From: Octopus vulgaris
Taxonomy: Eukaryota
Assembly: GCA_951406725.2 (NCBI GenBank)
Contig: OX597837.1
Location: forward strand, 2,542,001-2,606,000
Direction of reading: 5' to 3'
DNA: 64,000 bases
The notes beneath the pieces were generated by a model. The model ran no database searches and was not told the DNA's origin. It worked only from the letters and a program-made list of their open reading frames with translations. Below, one piece after another: positions 26,760 to 41,341 of this stretch (within the stretch, counting starts at the first letter, position 1; the number at the start of each line of letters is the position of its first letter). Made by a program: the position numbers and the translations under genes.

Positions 26760-27808
26760 CTGTACAAACCTTTGAGTTAATAATGTGACTTCTCAGCTAC
26801 AATAAAATAATATAAGCGTTCTCATTTATGGTAGTGTTTTCTTTTTCTCCTGGTTGAATAAACAATCCTATATATAAGTGTAAGTTTGTGTAATAATGTA
26901 TGTGTTTGTGTGTGTGTATGAATGTATGTATGTATGTAGATGTGTGCGTGTTGTGTGTGTGTATAAGTGTTGTAGTTTGCTTGAAGGATAATGTTATGAA
27001 AATTGAGATTGTTTGGAAATCTTTCGATGTAAAAGAATGTCTCGATATCAAAAGAAACAACAAGGCAGACAAGTGTTACCTAAGGTGATACTTGAATGCC
27101 CTGTTGTTACTTTGATATTTATCAATACACACACGCGCGCATACACACACGAGCGCACGCACACGCACACATATACATACAGATACATAAACACACACAC
27201 ACGTGTGTGTGTGTGTGTGTGTGTGTTTATATCTTTGTAATGAACTGGAAGAACACAGACACTCAAAAACATTCTTTTAATAGAATTTATATAAACTTTC
27301 GGGACCCAAGATTTCACAAAGACGAAAATCAACCATTATTTAACCAGAATTAAATTCACGAATAACTTTGTTATTGTAGACGAACCTGATATGCTAGAAT
27401 AACGGATAAAATTAGATGCTGTCGTCACCAATGTAGTTTTTCATACTTTGATGTATATAAGGGAACATAATCTTCCACTGTTAATTGTTCGGCTTTGTTC
27501 CAAAGAAATGCTAGATTTTAGTGTAGCGTGCAAAATTATAACAGCCGTTGGGATTTTTTAAATTTTATTTCGCACTGATTGTTGAGATTGTTCGTGTGTT
27601 GATGTAGCGCAAACACTAAATTGGATGGTGAAAGTGTAACTCCTATTGTTTTTAAGTTCAGTCAATGATGTGGGTTATCTTCAGGTTGTATGGTCTGTCC
27701 ATGCTAGAAATAGTCAAACAACTGTCATGAGGATAATCTGGATCTTTGTCGGGATTAGAAGCTAATACTATTTGCACGTTCGTCTTGTAATTGTAATAGC
27801 TAGCTAGC

Positions 27809-27915
<107 letters not shown>

Positions 27916-28057
27916 GTAGGTAGGTAGGTAGGTAGGTAGGTAAGTAGATAGGTAGGTAGACAGAAAAACACAGACAGACAGATACATACATACATACATA
28001 CATACATACATACATACATACATACATACATACATACATACATACATAGCTAACTAA

Positions 28058-28140
<83 letters not shown>

Positions 28141-28514
28141 TGTTTGTACGTATACATCTGCATATATACAACCATAAATACATACATATAACCATGCACA
28201 CACAGATCATAACAAAAAACGGTAAGACGTTGTTTGAAAGAGATTTGCTTATCAGGTCTAGCTACATGTAGGTTGGCGTTGATTGCCATTTCTAGCATAT
28301 TGTTGTGCCACATAGGTGTCTCTTTTCATGGCTCATACATACGTATATACATACATATTACTGTAGGCTGCCATTCGAGGGGGATTTAGTTGTTATTTCT
28401 ATCATGTCTAGCTACATAAACTTGGCAGTTTGTATTAAATGAAAAGGGAACACCATATCTCATATGATAAAAGACTTCTATTTTAAATCAAAAAATGACA
28501 ACGAGATTATGGTT

Positions 28515-28860
28515 GGAAAATAACAATTGTCTCAAAGTAGCTGTCCTCAGCTTCCACCATTGACTCAAGACGGCTCTGGAACCTGACGCTTGCGTTTCTG
28601 ACTTGTGTCCCCCGCAAAGATCTTCACGCACCTCCCTGATTTTGGCCACCAGCTCAGTCTTGTTGCAGATAGAGTGGTTGGTGCCTTTTCCAACCGCGCT
28701 CCACACAATAATCCATGGGATTACAGTCGTTGGGGATCAAGAGGCAAGAAATCGAGGCTGGTTAAGTCATAAAATTGCTTCGACAACCACGTCCGACTTT
28801 TTTGTGAGTTATGATTAGGAACCGAATCCTGCTGCCACTCATACGCCCTTCCAGCAGTAA
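28515..28860 (-). mobile_element. Degraded Tc1/mariner transposase catalytic C-terminus
   Basis: AGRAYEWQQDSVPNHNSQKSRTWLSKQFYD...DCNPMDY.VWSAV...N....KTELVAKIREV...RFQSRLESMVEAEDSYFE, with the QQD and D.NP.DY.VW motifs. Confidence 0.88.
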
Positions 28861-28889
28861 TTCTCTCCAGCCAGAGTTTGACTACAGTA

Positions 28890-29037
28890 TCCACGTATCT
28901 AGGTATCTATGCAGTCTACATGCTATCTATCCAAATAGTCATAAATGTATCTAACATTCTAACTTTTTTTTTATCTGTCCTTATTTGTTTGTCTATCTAT
29001 CAATCTGCCTGCCTGTCTATCTATCTATTTATCTTTG

Positions 29038-29074
<37 letters not shown>

Positions 29075-29463
29075 GCAGTTTATCATTCTATCTATTTGTC
29101 TCTCTACCTATCCATTTATCAATGTCCATCTATCGCTATTTATATATCTAGCTAGCTAGCTATCCATCTTTGTTTATATACTTACCTCCCTATCGGTATA
29201 GCGATCTATATATCTGTCACACGCATTATCTATCTATCTATCCAACTTCTGTACTTTATCCATTTTATTCACCCATCTATCTGTCTCTGTGTCTACTAAT
29301 GAATTATCTGTCTGTACTGCAATTTATATATCAATCAATCGAAATATCTAGTTACGTATTTCTCAATCAATCAATCAATTAATCTGTTAAGCTAATTTTG
29401 CATCAACATATTTATAAACCTATCTAACTTATCTACCCTTTATCCCTATATATCTATCTGTCT

Positions 29464-29519
<56 letters not shown>

Positions 29520-29890
29520 GTCTAACTATTAACCATCTACATATATTTTCACTTATCCGTGTATCCATCTCATCTAGCTATCTCTATTTCTCAATCAACA
29601 TATCTAGCTAGGTAGCTATTTATCTATCTACCTGTCAATAAAGTCTTCTATATATTTTAATATCAATGTGTGTGTTTGTGTGTGTGTGTGTGTGTGTGTT
29701 AATCTAAGGATCTCTCTGTCCATCGTATCTACCTACCAACCTATCTATATATCAATCTATTTATATATCTATCTATTTATCTATCTAATCACCCATCTAT
29801 ACATTATAAGTCCATCTACTCATCTTATCTTACTATCCTATGTCCTTATCTAACTGTCCATTTCTCTGTCCTGTCTATCTATCTATCTAC

Positions 29891-29963
<73 letters not shown>

Positions 29964-30410
29964 GATCTATCTGTATCTCTCTGTCTATCTATCTGTCTGT
30001 CTATTTGTCTGTCTGAATATCTATCTATCTAAATATTTATTTCTTTATCAATTTCTCTCTATTTCAATCAGTCTATTGATCTTTTTATCAACCCGTCTAC
30101 ATATTTATCAGTCAATTTATCTATCTACCTATCTATATATCTATCTATCTAAATATCTATTTCTTTATCAATCTATCGTTCTATCAGCTTATCTATCCCT
30201 CTATCTACTTATCTATCAATCCATCTCTCTGTCCTGTCTAGTTCTTTATCTATCTATCGATCTTTCTATCAACCCATCAAGTAATCTATCTATCTAATCT
30301 ATCTCTCTCTCTCAATCAACCTGTCTCCTTATCAACCTACCTATCAGGCTAATTATCTATCAAGATATATCTTTAAACCCATCTTTATATCTTTCCAATC
30401 TCATATCCTT
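28890..30410. repeat. Degenerate (CTAT)n-derived low-complexity region
   Basis: Directly visible. Confidence 0.9.
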
Positions 30411-30932
30411 CTATCTGTAACATAAATATTTTTACTAGCTTCAAAAGCTATTTTCCGGCTAAATTTCCTTCCAGTAATCTGGAATATTGTTCAAGAAAGT
30501 AGATTCGGCTAAATTTTATGTACTTTTACCCTATAACTCTCCGTTCAGATAATCTCCAATGAAAATTAGCAAACACAGCGACTTTATCTCTTCAGTTTTT
30601 CTTTTCGATTTTTGTTGCGGTTTTTCTTTATATTTTTCCTCCTTTTTTGTATGTTTTCGCGTTGTTTTTATAGTGGTTGTTACTGTGGTTCATGTTGTTG
30701 TTGTTATTGTTGTTGTTGTTGTTGTTGTTGTTGCTGTTAATTTTGCTTCCATCGCATTTTAAAGTGTGTGCACGGTAATTTCGTCGTTCTTACCATCGTC
30801 ATCGTCGTCGTCGTCGTCGTTGTCGTCATCATCATTATCGTCATCTTCATCACCACCACCGCCACTACCATCATCATCATCAGCAACAACAACAACAGCA
30901 ATAGTACTACCAACACCGTTACTACTACCACG

Positions 30933-30964
<32 letters not shown>

Positions 30965-30977
30965 TACTACTACCACG

Positions 30978-31009
<32 letters not shown>

Positions 31010-31320
31010 TACTATTTAATCGTAAAATAAGAAGCCACTTCGATTTTTACCAAAATTTTTGTCTCATCCACCCTGATATTCGTTGACCATCTTGAAGACG
31101 TGTAGATCTGGGTGCAGATGTAGTTCTTTTTTAATTCACGATACTGTAATCAACGTGGTGGATCTTTTGTACTCTTCTGAAAACAACGAAATCCAGATGG
31201 ATTTTCACGAGTCTATTATAACATTTTACGGAGCAACACAAGAGGATGAAAGAGTGAGCAGGATGTAGGGGTCAAAAGTAGAAGGAAAACTTTCTGAAAT
31301 GGTGCTTGAGTTGAAGTTTG

Positions 31321-31537
31321 TACGAGGGGGCCACTGAAGCGTCCCTGGCTTTAAGAGTATCGCAAAAGGCCTGGTTGGAGGCCCAGCCTTCCCAGTTCTT
31401 TTACAAGGCTTAGAAAACTAAAGGACCACTCCAGTGTGTGAATCTGAAAGAGGAATATGTTGGATAAAATCATAATTAATTCACCCTCCAGCATTTTCTT
31501 TTATCCAAAGCCAGGAATTTTTCAGCACCCCCTCATA
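31321..31537 (+). mobile_element. Mariner-derived MITE, copy 1
   Basis: Imperfect TIRs of about 30 bp (tacgaggggg...cctggcttt / aaagccagg...cagcaccccctcata) with an internal remnant of the transposase end. Confidence 0.85.
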
Positions 31538-31732
31538 CGCACGCACGCACAAACACACACACACACGTATGCACATACATAAAAGCGTAAAACCACTCAG
31601 GCGTCTCGGAAATCAGCTGGTGCGAAAACCAGCTGCGATTGATCCTTGTATCGTATTTTTGTCTCCCTTTTTTGTCCCTTATGTTTTCACCCAGTTTTCG
31701 TCTGTTTTTCCCTTCTCTAACTTTGGAAATAT

Positions 31733-31887
31733 AGGAGTGGTTGTGTGTTAAGAAGCTCGCTTCACACCCACATGGTTCCAAGTTCAGTCCCACTGCGCGA
31801 CACCTTGGGCAAGTGTCTTCTACTATAGCCTTGGGCCGACCAAAGCCTTGTGAGTAGATTTGGTAGACAGAAACGGAAAGAAGCCCG

Positions 31888-31934
<47 letters not shown>

Positions 31935-31954
31935 TGTATGTATGTATGTATGTA

Positions 31955-32008
<54 letters not shown>

Positions 32009-32209
32009 TGTGTGTTTGTCCCAACAATCGCTTGACAACCGATGCTAGTGTGTTTACGTCCCTGTAACTTAGCAGTTCGGCAAAAAAAGTAAGATACAAT
32101 AAGTACCAGGCTTACAAAGAATAAGTCCTGGGGTCGATTTGTTCGACTAAAGGCGGTGCTCCAGCATGGCCGCAGTCAAATAACTGAAACAAGTAAAAGA
32201 ATAAAAGAA
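31733..32209 (+). mobile_element. SINE family A, near full length
   Basis: Colinear with 10656-11050, with an expanded internal microsatellite. Confidence 0.93.
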
Positions 32210-32219
32210 TATACATACA

Positions 32220-32441
32220 TACGAAGGGGTGTTGGAAAGTTCCTGGTTTTAAGGGTATCGCAAAAGACCAGGTGAGACGGCCAACCTTCCGAGTTCTTTT
32301 AGAGGGCTTAGAAAAACTGAAGGACCGCTGCCATAAGTGTGTGAATCTGAGACGGGAATATATTGAATAAAATCATAATTAACCGATCCTCCTGTATTTT
32401 GTTTTACTCAAAGCCAGGAACTTTTCAGCAACCTCCTCGAA
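32220..32441 (+). mobile_element. Mariner-derived MITE, copy 2
   Basis: TIRs tacgaaggggtgttggaaagttcctggtttt / aaagccaggaacttttcagcaacctcctcg. Internal GLEKLKDRCHKCVNLRREYIE* is a mariner transposase C-terminus. Confidence 0.88.
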
Positions 32442-32899
32442 AGAGATAGTGGTGTCGCGGTTGAAGACAGAAACAATAAACATAAAAATGAAGGAGGTGG
32501 AGAGTAGAACCCATGACACCGAACGAGGCCGAAATCTTGCAATGCACAGCGGATCGTGTTCGGTGGTCAAAATAAACGAACACCATTCACTACCTTTTCG
32601 CATCCTACTCTCAATCCATCGAGGCTGCCTCATTTTGCCTCTTCGATCACACATACATTGCAGGAGTCTGAAGGGTCGTGTGGTGTCCAACAACTTTGAG
32701 GGGAGGAGGTGCAAGTCGATTACATCTCAGTGTTTGAATGGTACTTTATGTTATCGACCCCGAAAGGATGAAAGGCAAATTTGAAATGGGACCTAGGAGA
32801 GCTGCGTCAGTGTATGGCAATGGTTTTCAACCGGGGCCTGTATGACACTTGGTGGTGGGGGTGTCTATATAGGATTTTGTTGTTAAAATATTTTTTTTT

Positions 32900-33312
32900 A
32901 TCCTTTATTTATTTAGGTCATTTGGTTGCGGCCATGCTGGAGCACCGCCTTGAAGAGTTTTAGTCAAACAAATCCATCCCAGGATTTATTATTTTTTTAA
33001 CCCTAGTATTTATTTTATCGGCCACTTTTGTCGAACCGTTAAGTTATGGGAAGCTAAACACACCAATACCGGTTGTCAAGCGGTGGTGGGGGACAAATAC
33101 AAACACACACACATACATATATAATTATATACATATATATATATATACTACGGGCTTCTTTCAGTTTCCCTCTGACAAATCCACTAACAACGCTTTGGTC
33201 AGCCTAGGTGTGTAGAAGAAGATACTTACCCAAAGTTCCACGCACTGGGACTGAACCTTGAACCATGTGGTTGGGAAGCCAGCTTCTTCCCACACAGCCA
33301 CGCCTGCACTTA
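32900..33312 (-). mobile_element. SINE family A, full length, inverted
   Basis: Reverse complement of family A from tail (gccatgctggagcaccgcc) to head (cacacagccacgcctgc). Confidence 0.93.
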
Positions 33313-33999
33313 TATGTGTAATGGTTATATTTCTGCAGTAGACACAAAGGCTTAAAAAAGGCTTAAGGGTCAGTTCGTCCGACTAAAAATTCTTCAATGC
33401 GGTGCCCCAGCATGGCCGCAGTCTAATAACTGAAACAAATAAAAAAAAAAGAAGTTAAACTACTATAACCCGTAGGAACAGTGGAATGGTAAAAGTCTGG
33501 AGAAATGGTAATCTCAAATCCTTGTGAGGTTTCGTCAGTTGTGCTTGGAATTCCAATCCAGAAACCAACCGAAATATGAACATAACATTTTCGTGCCTCC
33601 ATAAGAAATGAAATACAAAAATACCAGTGACACACTGAGGTCGATGTAATTGATTATAACTAACTTCTGTACCACCGTCGACCCCACTGCCACTACCTCA
33701 TGCTATTTTCGTGACCTCGTGACAACTTAGGAAGTTAATAAAGCCATGAAGCGGGGTGTGGGATGGGTGAGGTGGGGGGATGGGCTAAAGGCATGTTGGT
33801 GTTGGTGTTGTTTCTTTTACATTTTTTATTGGATTTTGTCTCAGAAGAGTGAAAAAAAAATGATATTGAAATTTTCATTTGACGTTTTTTGACAAGGCAG
33901 ACGACATCTTACAATATGGCTTCGAAATTAACAGCAGGAGAGACCTTCTAGAAACGGTAGCTGTCATCGGAACGTTTCACAGGAAGAGGACGAAAAGAT

Positions 34000-34326
34000 G
34001 GAGATTGAAGAAGAGGATGATGACGATGATGATGATGATGAGGAGGATGAGGATGAGGATGATGATGACGACGACGACGATGGTAAATGATAGAAAAATG
34101 AAAATGAAGACGGAGAAAAGTCATGATGATTATGAGGAGGAGGAGGAGGGGGGAGGAAAAAGAAGATGAAGAAGAAGAAGAAGAAGAAGAAGAAGAAGAA
34201 GAAGAGATGATGAGGATAACGTCGATGACAACAATGATGACGATGAAGATGATGATAACGATGATGGTGGTGGTGTGGCAGTGGTGGTTGTAGTGGAGAA
34301 GCGAGTGCTTGAAGGGATGATGATGT

Positions 34327-34377
<51 letters not shown>

Positions 34378-34780
34378 CGACGACGACGACGACAACGATA
34401 AGTGGGAGGAGGAGGAGGAGGAGGAGGAGGAGGAGAAGGAACAGAAGTTGGCCGGTGGTGATGTTAGTGATGATGGTGATGACGGAACAGTAAGAGGAGG
34501 TAGAGGAAGAGGTGATAATGATGCGGTGTTGTAGAAGTGGTGGTAGCGGTGGTGGAGATGATGATGATGATGATGAGGAGGAGGAGGAGGAGGAGGAGGA
34601 GATGGGATGGAAAGAGCGGGAGAGGAGGTGGTGGGGGATAGGATGGGATGTGGGGGGAGAGGAAGAAGGATGAGGAGGGGATAGGAAGAGGGGGGAAGAG
34701 GAGGGGAGAAGTAGAGGAGGAGAGGAGAGGAGGAGAGGGGAGGGGAGGCGAGGAGGCGAGGAGGAGGAGGAGGAGGAACT
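34000..34780. repeat. (GAT)n/(GAG)n/(GAA)n purine-rich microsatellite mosaic
   Basis: Directly visible. Confidence 0.93.
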
Positions 34781-35152
34781 AGTGTAATGTAATAAAATTC
34801 TGAATATGGACACATAATACATGTCTAAGAAACGATAACAACAACAACAACAATAATAACAACATCCATGTAGGGGTCTCTACTTGGTCAAACAAAAAGT
34901 AAAGTCGACTGCGGTAGGGAATGGTTTCAGAACTGATTTCTGTGAAAAGAGATAAAAGCGGTTGACCTTAACATCTCTTACCATCACCACTGGTTCTCAA
35001 CCATTTTTTTTTTTTTTTTTTTTCTTTTGCCTGTGGACCCTCTTTCATTCCAATTGTACTCTGCTGGATCTCCAGAGCCATTCGATGTTTAAAAAATCCT
35101 ACTATGTTTTTAGAAAGAAATATTAGGAAATTCAGGGAAAAGATTTATATAT

Positions 35153-35790
35153 GGGCGCAGGCGCGACTGTGTGGTAAGAAGAAGTTTGCTTCCCAACCAC
35201 ATGGTGCTGGGTTCAGTCCCACCGTGTGGCACCTTAGGCAAGTATCTTCTACTATAGCCTCGGGCTGACCAAAGCCTTGTGAGCGGACTTTGTAGACGGA
35301 AACTGAAAGAAGCCCGTCATGTATATATATATATATACGTGTGTGTGTGTGTGTGTGTGTATGTATATTTGTGTGTTTGTGTCTTTCCATTCCCCCACCA
35401 TTGCTTTACAACCGATGCTGGTGTGTTTACGTCCCGTGACTAAGAGGTTAGGCAAAAGAGCCCGATATGTACTAGGCTTACAAAGAATAAGTCCTGGGGT
35501 CGATTTGCTTGACTAAAGGCGGTGCTCCAGCATGGCCGTAGTCAAATGACTGAAACAAGTAATAGAGTAAAAACGTAACGTGTGTGTATGTGTGTGTTTG
35601 TCGCCCCGTCATCGCTTGACAACCGATGCTGGTCTGTTTATGTCTCCGTGACTTAGCTGTTCGGCAAAAGAGACCGATACAACAAGCACTAGGCTTACGA
35701 AGAATAAGCCCTGGGTATCGATTCCTTCATTCCGATTCCGATTCCCCTTCAGCATGGCCGCAGTTAAATGACTGAAACAAGTAAAATAAA
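35153..35790 (+). mobile_element. SINE family A, full length plus a second 3' half in tandem
   Basis: Head gggcgcaggcgcgactgtgtggtaag; tails end at about 35570 and 35790. Confidence 0.92.
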
Positions 35791-35896
35791 TAATAGAAGA
35801 ATATTTTGTTTATTGTAGAAGCACAACCTGGGATTTCGTGAAAGGTGAACGAACTTCCTAACCATTCGGACAGAGAGAGGGGACAGAGAGGGGAGG

Positions 35897-35939
<43 letters not shown>

Positions 35940-35973
35940 AGGAACGAACGAACGAAGGAAAGGAGGAAAGGGA

Positions 35974-36023
<50 letters not shown>

Positions 36024-36836
36024 AGGAAAGAAAGAAAGAAAGAAAGGACAGGTATTGGTAGAGAGATTGAAATGAAGAGACAGATAGACACACGGACAAG
36101 TAGACAGAGGGAAAGACAGAAAGAAAGATAGAAACATAGAGAGAGAGAGAGACAAACAAAAAAGAAAGAAGGAAAGAAAGACATATATTGGTATAGCTAG
36201 ATAGATAGATAGACAGACAGACAGACGAGCAGACATACAGACGGGCGGGCAGACAGACGGACAGACAGACTGATAGATAGGCATGCATGAATATGTATGC
36301 ATGTATTTTATATGTATATTGTGGTTATGCTGAGATGGCAGGAGGAGGCGGAGGAGGCGGAGGAGGAAGTAAAGATGAAGGCTGGTTAGGGCAGTGGTTG
36401 AGAAAATGGTGGTAATGGTGTCATGGATGACAAATACTGTTGAGAAAGACAACAACATTTTATTGTGAAAAGCAGGCTTTATTTGTGTGTGTATGTGTGT
36501 GTGTGTGTGTGTATGTGTGTATGTGTGTGTGGGTGTGTGTGCGTGTGTGGGAGTGTGTGTTTGTGCATATTGAAAGCCATGAAGAACTCGCAGAGAACCA
36601 TCTAATGGAATCTCAAGTCCTCTGCTGTGCCACGTTGTAGCGCGGGCTAAAAGACTCCTGTTAATTCTATTAAACGTGAAGAAGTTCTTCTGACAGAATT
36701 AGGGAGGGGGAGGACTAGGGGGAGGAGGGAGGACAAATAGGAACTGGGAAAATGGAGAATGACAAAATGAAAAGGAAGAATTTGGAAAAAATAAACGTAA
36801 CTTGAAGGGAAAAGGACATTTTAGAGAAAATATATT

Positions 36837-36886
<50 letters not shown>

Positions 36887-36904
36887 CTTGTAGCTGTTGC
36901 ATTA

Positions 36905-36993
<89 letters not shown>

Positions 36994-37079
36994 TTTAGTA
37001 GTAGTAATTGCAGTATCAAAAGCAGGGGTAGCAGCGGCAGCAGCAACAACATCAATAGTAGTAATTCTTATAAAATTTG

Positions 37080-37445
37080 CAGATGGCCAAGAACTTTGAG
37101 GGGAGGAGGTGTAAGTCGATTACATCGATCTCAGTGTTTGAATGGTACTTTATGTTATCGACCCCGAAAGGATGAAAGGCAAATTTGACCGAGGTGGAAT
37201 TTGAACTCAGAACGTAAAGACGGAAGAAATGGCCACCAAAAATTTTTGTCCGATTCTGCCAGTTCGCTGCTTTGACAACAATAACAACCCTTTCTACTAT
37301 AGACATAAGACCGGAAATTTCTGTGGGAAACTCCTCGTCCGTTATTATCGACTCTATTGCTCAACTGTTACTTATTCCATTGACCCCGAAAGGACGAAAG
37401 TGATACTCGATATCGGCGGAATGTCAACTCGGAACGTAAAGTCGA
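37080..37445 (-). mobile_element. Two SINE family B-related copies, minus strand
   Basis: atcgaccccgaaaggatgaaaggcaaa...ggaatttgaactcagaacgtaa, and a more diverged repeat of it. Confidence 0.85.
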
Positions 37446-37726
37446 ATGATATAAAACAAGCGATGCTACTTTGTCATGCGATCTACGTGTAACCAACGTG
37501 ATCTACAAGAGTCAGATTCTATTTTGTTATGCGATCTACATGTTTCATTTATTTATTATGGCTTAAATAAAACATTCCTAAACTTTTATACATTTATTTT
37601 TAAAAAATAAAATGAAGCAGATTTGAAATAAGTTAACTAATTTTATGGGTGGATCCAACAAACACCAGCTAGAAAAGTCAAAACAAGAGAATTAAAATTT
37701 TTATACATTTATTAACACTTACGAAA

Positions 37727-38012
37727 GGTGGCGAGCTGGCAGAAACGTTAGCACGCCGGGCGAAATGCGTAGCCATATTTCGTCTGCCGTTACGTTCTGA
37801 GTTCAAATTCCGCCGAGGTCGACTTTGCCTTTCATCCTTTCGGGGTCGATTAAATAAGTACCAGTTACGCACTGGAGTCGATATAATTGACTTAATCCGT
37901 TTGTCTGTCCTTGTTTGTCCTCTGTGTTTAGCCCCTTCTGGGTAGTAAAGAAATAGGTATTGCGTCTGTCTTTACATTCTGAGTTCAAATTCCTTTCGGG
38001 GTCGATAAATTA
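37727..38012 (+). mobile_element. SINE family B, full length plus partial repeat
   Basis: ggtggcgagctggcagaaacgttagcacgccgggcg...gagttcaaattcc...gggtagtaaagaaata. Confidence 0.93.
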
Positions 38013-38144
38013 ATCGACAAGTCTCTCCCCCCACACACACATACACGCAAACTTGAGGCCTTCTTACAAAGTACAACTTTTCTTGCTGTAGATCACAATA
38101 TAAAGTGTAGATCCCATACCAAAACAGTTTCATTAAAAGGCTAT

Positions 38145-38520
38145 AGTAGAAGTTTCTTGCGTAAGGTGACACGCAGTGGGACTGAACCCAGAACCATGTG
38201 GTTGGGAAGCAAGCTTCTTACTACACAGCCACTCTTGCGCCTGTGAGTATGTATCTAGCACCAAGCATTATGTCCGATAACGAGTCTGCCAGTTCACTGC
38301 CTCGTTATGGAAATAATCCTTTCTACTATAAGCACACAAGACCTGAAATTTAATGGGGATGGGGTTTAGTCGATTACATTGACCCAGTGCTCAACTGGTA
38401 CTTATTTTATCGACCCTGAAAGGATGAAAGGCAAAGTCGACCTCAGCAGAATTAGAACTCGGACAAAATGACACTCAGAATTTTGTCTAGCGTGCTGACG
38501 ACTCTGCAGCCTTGTCGCCA
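38145..38520 (-). mobile_element. SINE A head (38145-38242) and SINE B-related copy (about 38315-38520)
   Basis: cgcagtgggactgaacccagaaccatgtggttggg; cttattttatcgaccctgaaaggatgaaaggcaaagtcgacc. Confidence 0.85.
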
Positions 38521-38530
38521 TTTAATAATG

Positions 38531-38648
<118 letters not shown>

Positions 38649-39660
38649 GTGAGCCAAATAAAGGAGGTTTCATGAAACGGATGAAGAGAAAATGAGATGA
38701 AAATGGAGTTTTTCAAGCATCCTCCCAGCCACTGATTGGCCAGGCAAGAGTAACTGAAAATTGGAGGGATCTTTTGCTTGCGCTTGAGATCACGGTGTGC
38801 TCCCGCATTCCTGAGTCTAAACCAATATTGGCACTGGATATCTTGCCATGGCTTGTCTTTGGATTATACCAATAGGATAGAGAGGGTCTGTGAGGAACAG
38901 CGTAAACCTCGACCTAAAAGCTTAGGTTTTGCAATGACAGTCAAGGTAACTGCCTGATGCTCGGTCGAGTAGAAGGGCACCTCGGCAAGCACAGAAGCTG
39001 CAGACGCGAACCCGAGTGAAGCCGATTGCTGGTGCAATAACCTCGTGGACATCCAGCATATATAAAACCACAGCATCATAATATACGGCTTGTCGAAAAG
39101 TATTTATCTGTCTGTGTATTGATTTCTAATGTCCTATCAATATCTTAATCGATATTCTAATCTCTCCCTCTCTCGCTCTTCTCTAAATTTCTCACACTTT
39201 TTTTCGTAATATGCATATAACAGACAGATGTATACGCCTGCATATATATACAGGAATATATACGAACATATGCATTTGGATGTGTGTGTGCATGTGTGTG
39301 TGTGTGTGTATGTGTGTGTGTGTGTATGTGTGTGTGTGTGTATGTGTGTGTGTGTGTATTTTAGTTTCAGTGTGTTAAAGGTGTGAGGAAACAGTGCCAG
39401 ATAGCAGGAACGAAGTGAGCGAAAACAAGAGAAATTCTCTTCAAGATTTTGCTCCGTGAACAAAAAAAAAACAAAGAAATCTTTTACGTATGTTTGACAT
39501 CGGATAAGATATGCAAATGTGCAGACATGAGCATACATGTCTGCACATAGATGCGTATGCATACATACATACATACATTTCTGTGTGGGCTTGCATGTAT
39601 TTGTGTGGCGGGGTGTATACACACACAAAGGAAGAGAACGTGTGGGGAAACAAGGTGGCT

Positions 39661-39744
<84 letters not shown>

Positions 39745-39821
39745 AAGTGATTGATAGAGAGAATTTAGATATATCGGTGTTGAGAATTTATTGATACACA
39801 GGTGTGGATAGATAGATAGAC

Positions 39822-39897
<76 letters not shown>

Positions 39898-39964
39898 CAT
39901 GCATACATACATACGTACATATATACATACAAACACATACATACATACATAGATGTACGTATGC

Positions 39965-39999
<35 letters not shown>

Positions 40000-40378
40000 T
40001 GTATGTACAGGTGAATGTTTACAAGCACGTATATTTATACATACATATGATATATATATATAAACATGCACACACAAATGTACTTACATGTATGAATGTA
40101 CGTATGTGTATATGTATGTATGTGTGTGTATGTATGTGTGTATGTATGTATGTATGTATGTATGTGTGTATGCATGTGTGTATGTATGTGTGTATGTATG
40201 TATGTACGTATGTATATGTCTGTGTGTACATATATGCACATATGTATATGTGGATAATTCACTCACATTACACATAGATACAAGCGTGTGTGTGTATGTG
40301 TCTGTGTGATGGATTGTGTTTCTGTATATTTGTAAGTGTACGCGGACGTCTGTGTCCATATGCTTGTATAAACATATG

Positions 40379-40431
<53 letters not shown>

Positions 40432-40951
40432 GTATATATATACATACATGCATATGTATATACACACACATACACTCACATACACACACTCACATACACA
40501 CACATGCATAAGCACACAAACGGTAGAGAATTCGGGCTATTGATCCTATACCGTGTGTTTCATAGAGCACCACACGCTCACAGTGATCGTCTGTTAATCT
40601 TCAATTGGATTGAGATGAATTGAAATTGATCGCTTTGTCCCTTCTCTCTCCATGCACACAATATATACACGGTATATACATACACACCCGCATTTGTTCA
40701 TCGTTCTCTGTATGACTGTGTATGTGTGAGATGGATTTGAGTGTATGTATGTGTATGTGTGCATCTTTGCGTGTGTGTCTGTATGTGTGTGTATGTTGCA
40801 CAGACCGCTCCTGGCTTTTTTCTTTCTTGTGTGTGTAGATATATGTATGTATGTATGTATGTATCTATGTATGTATATATATATATGTGTGTGTGTGTGT
40901 CTGTGTGTGTGTGTATGTTTGCGTGCGTATGTATGTATATAGCACATACGT

Positions 40952-40993
<42 letters not shown>

Positions 40994-41139
40994 TGATATA
41001 TAGGTGTATGTGCGTAAAAATAATATAGTTCTCTATATACATATGTATGAATGCATATACATATACATATATATGTATATATAATATATATGCATATGTA
41101 TATACATTCATATATATTTATATATCTACATATACACTC

Positions 41140-41217
<78 letters not shown>

Positions 41218-41299
41218 ATGAGTGTGTGTGTGTAATTTGGCTGAGTACGAAAGAATATATAATACGAGTCTACTTACACATATGTATAAATACTCGCAC

Positions 41300-41341
<42 letters not shown>

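Noticed and set aside
38700-39100. GC-richer unique stretch, possible exon or LINE 5' UTR
   Set aside because: No interpretable ORF or RNA motif; left unannotated.
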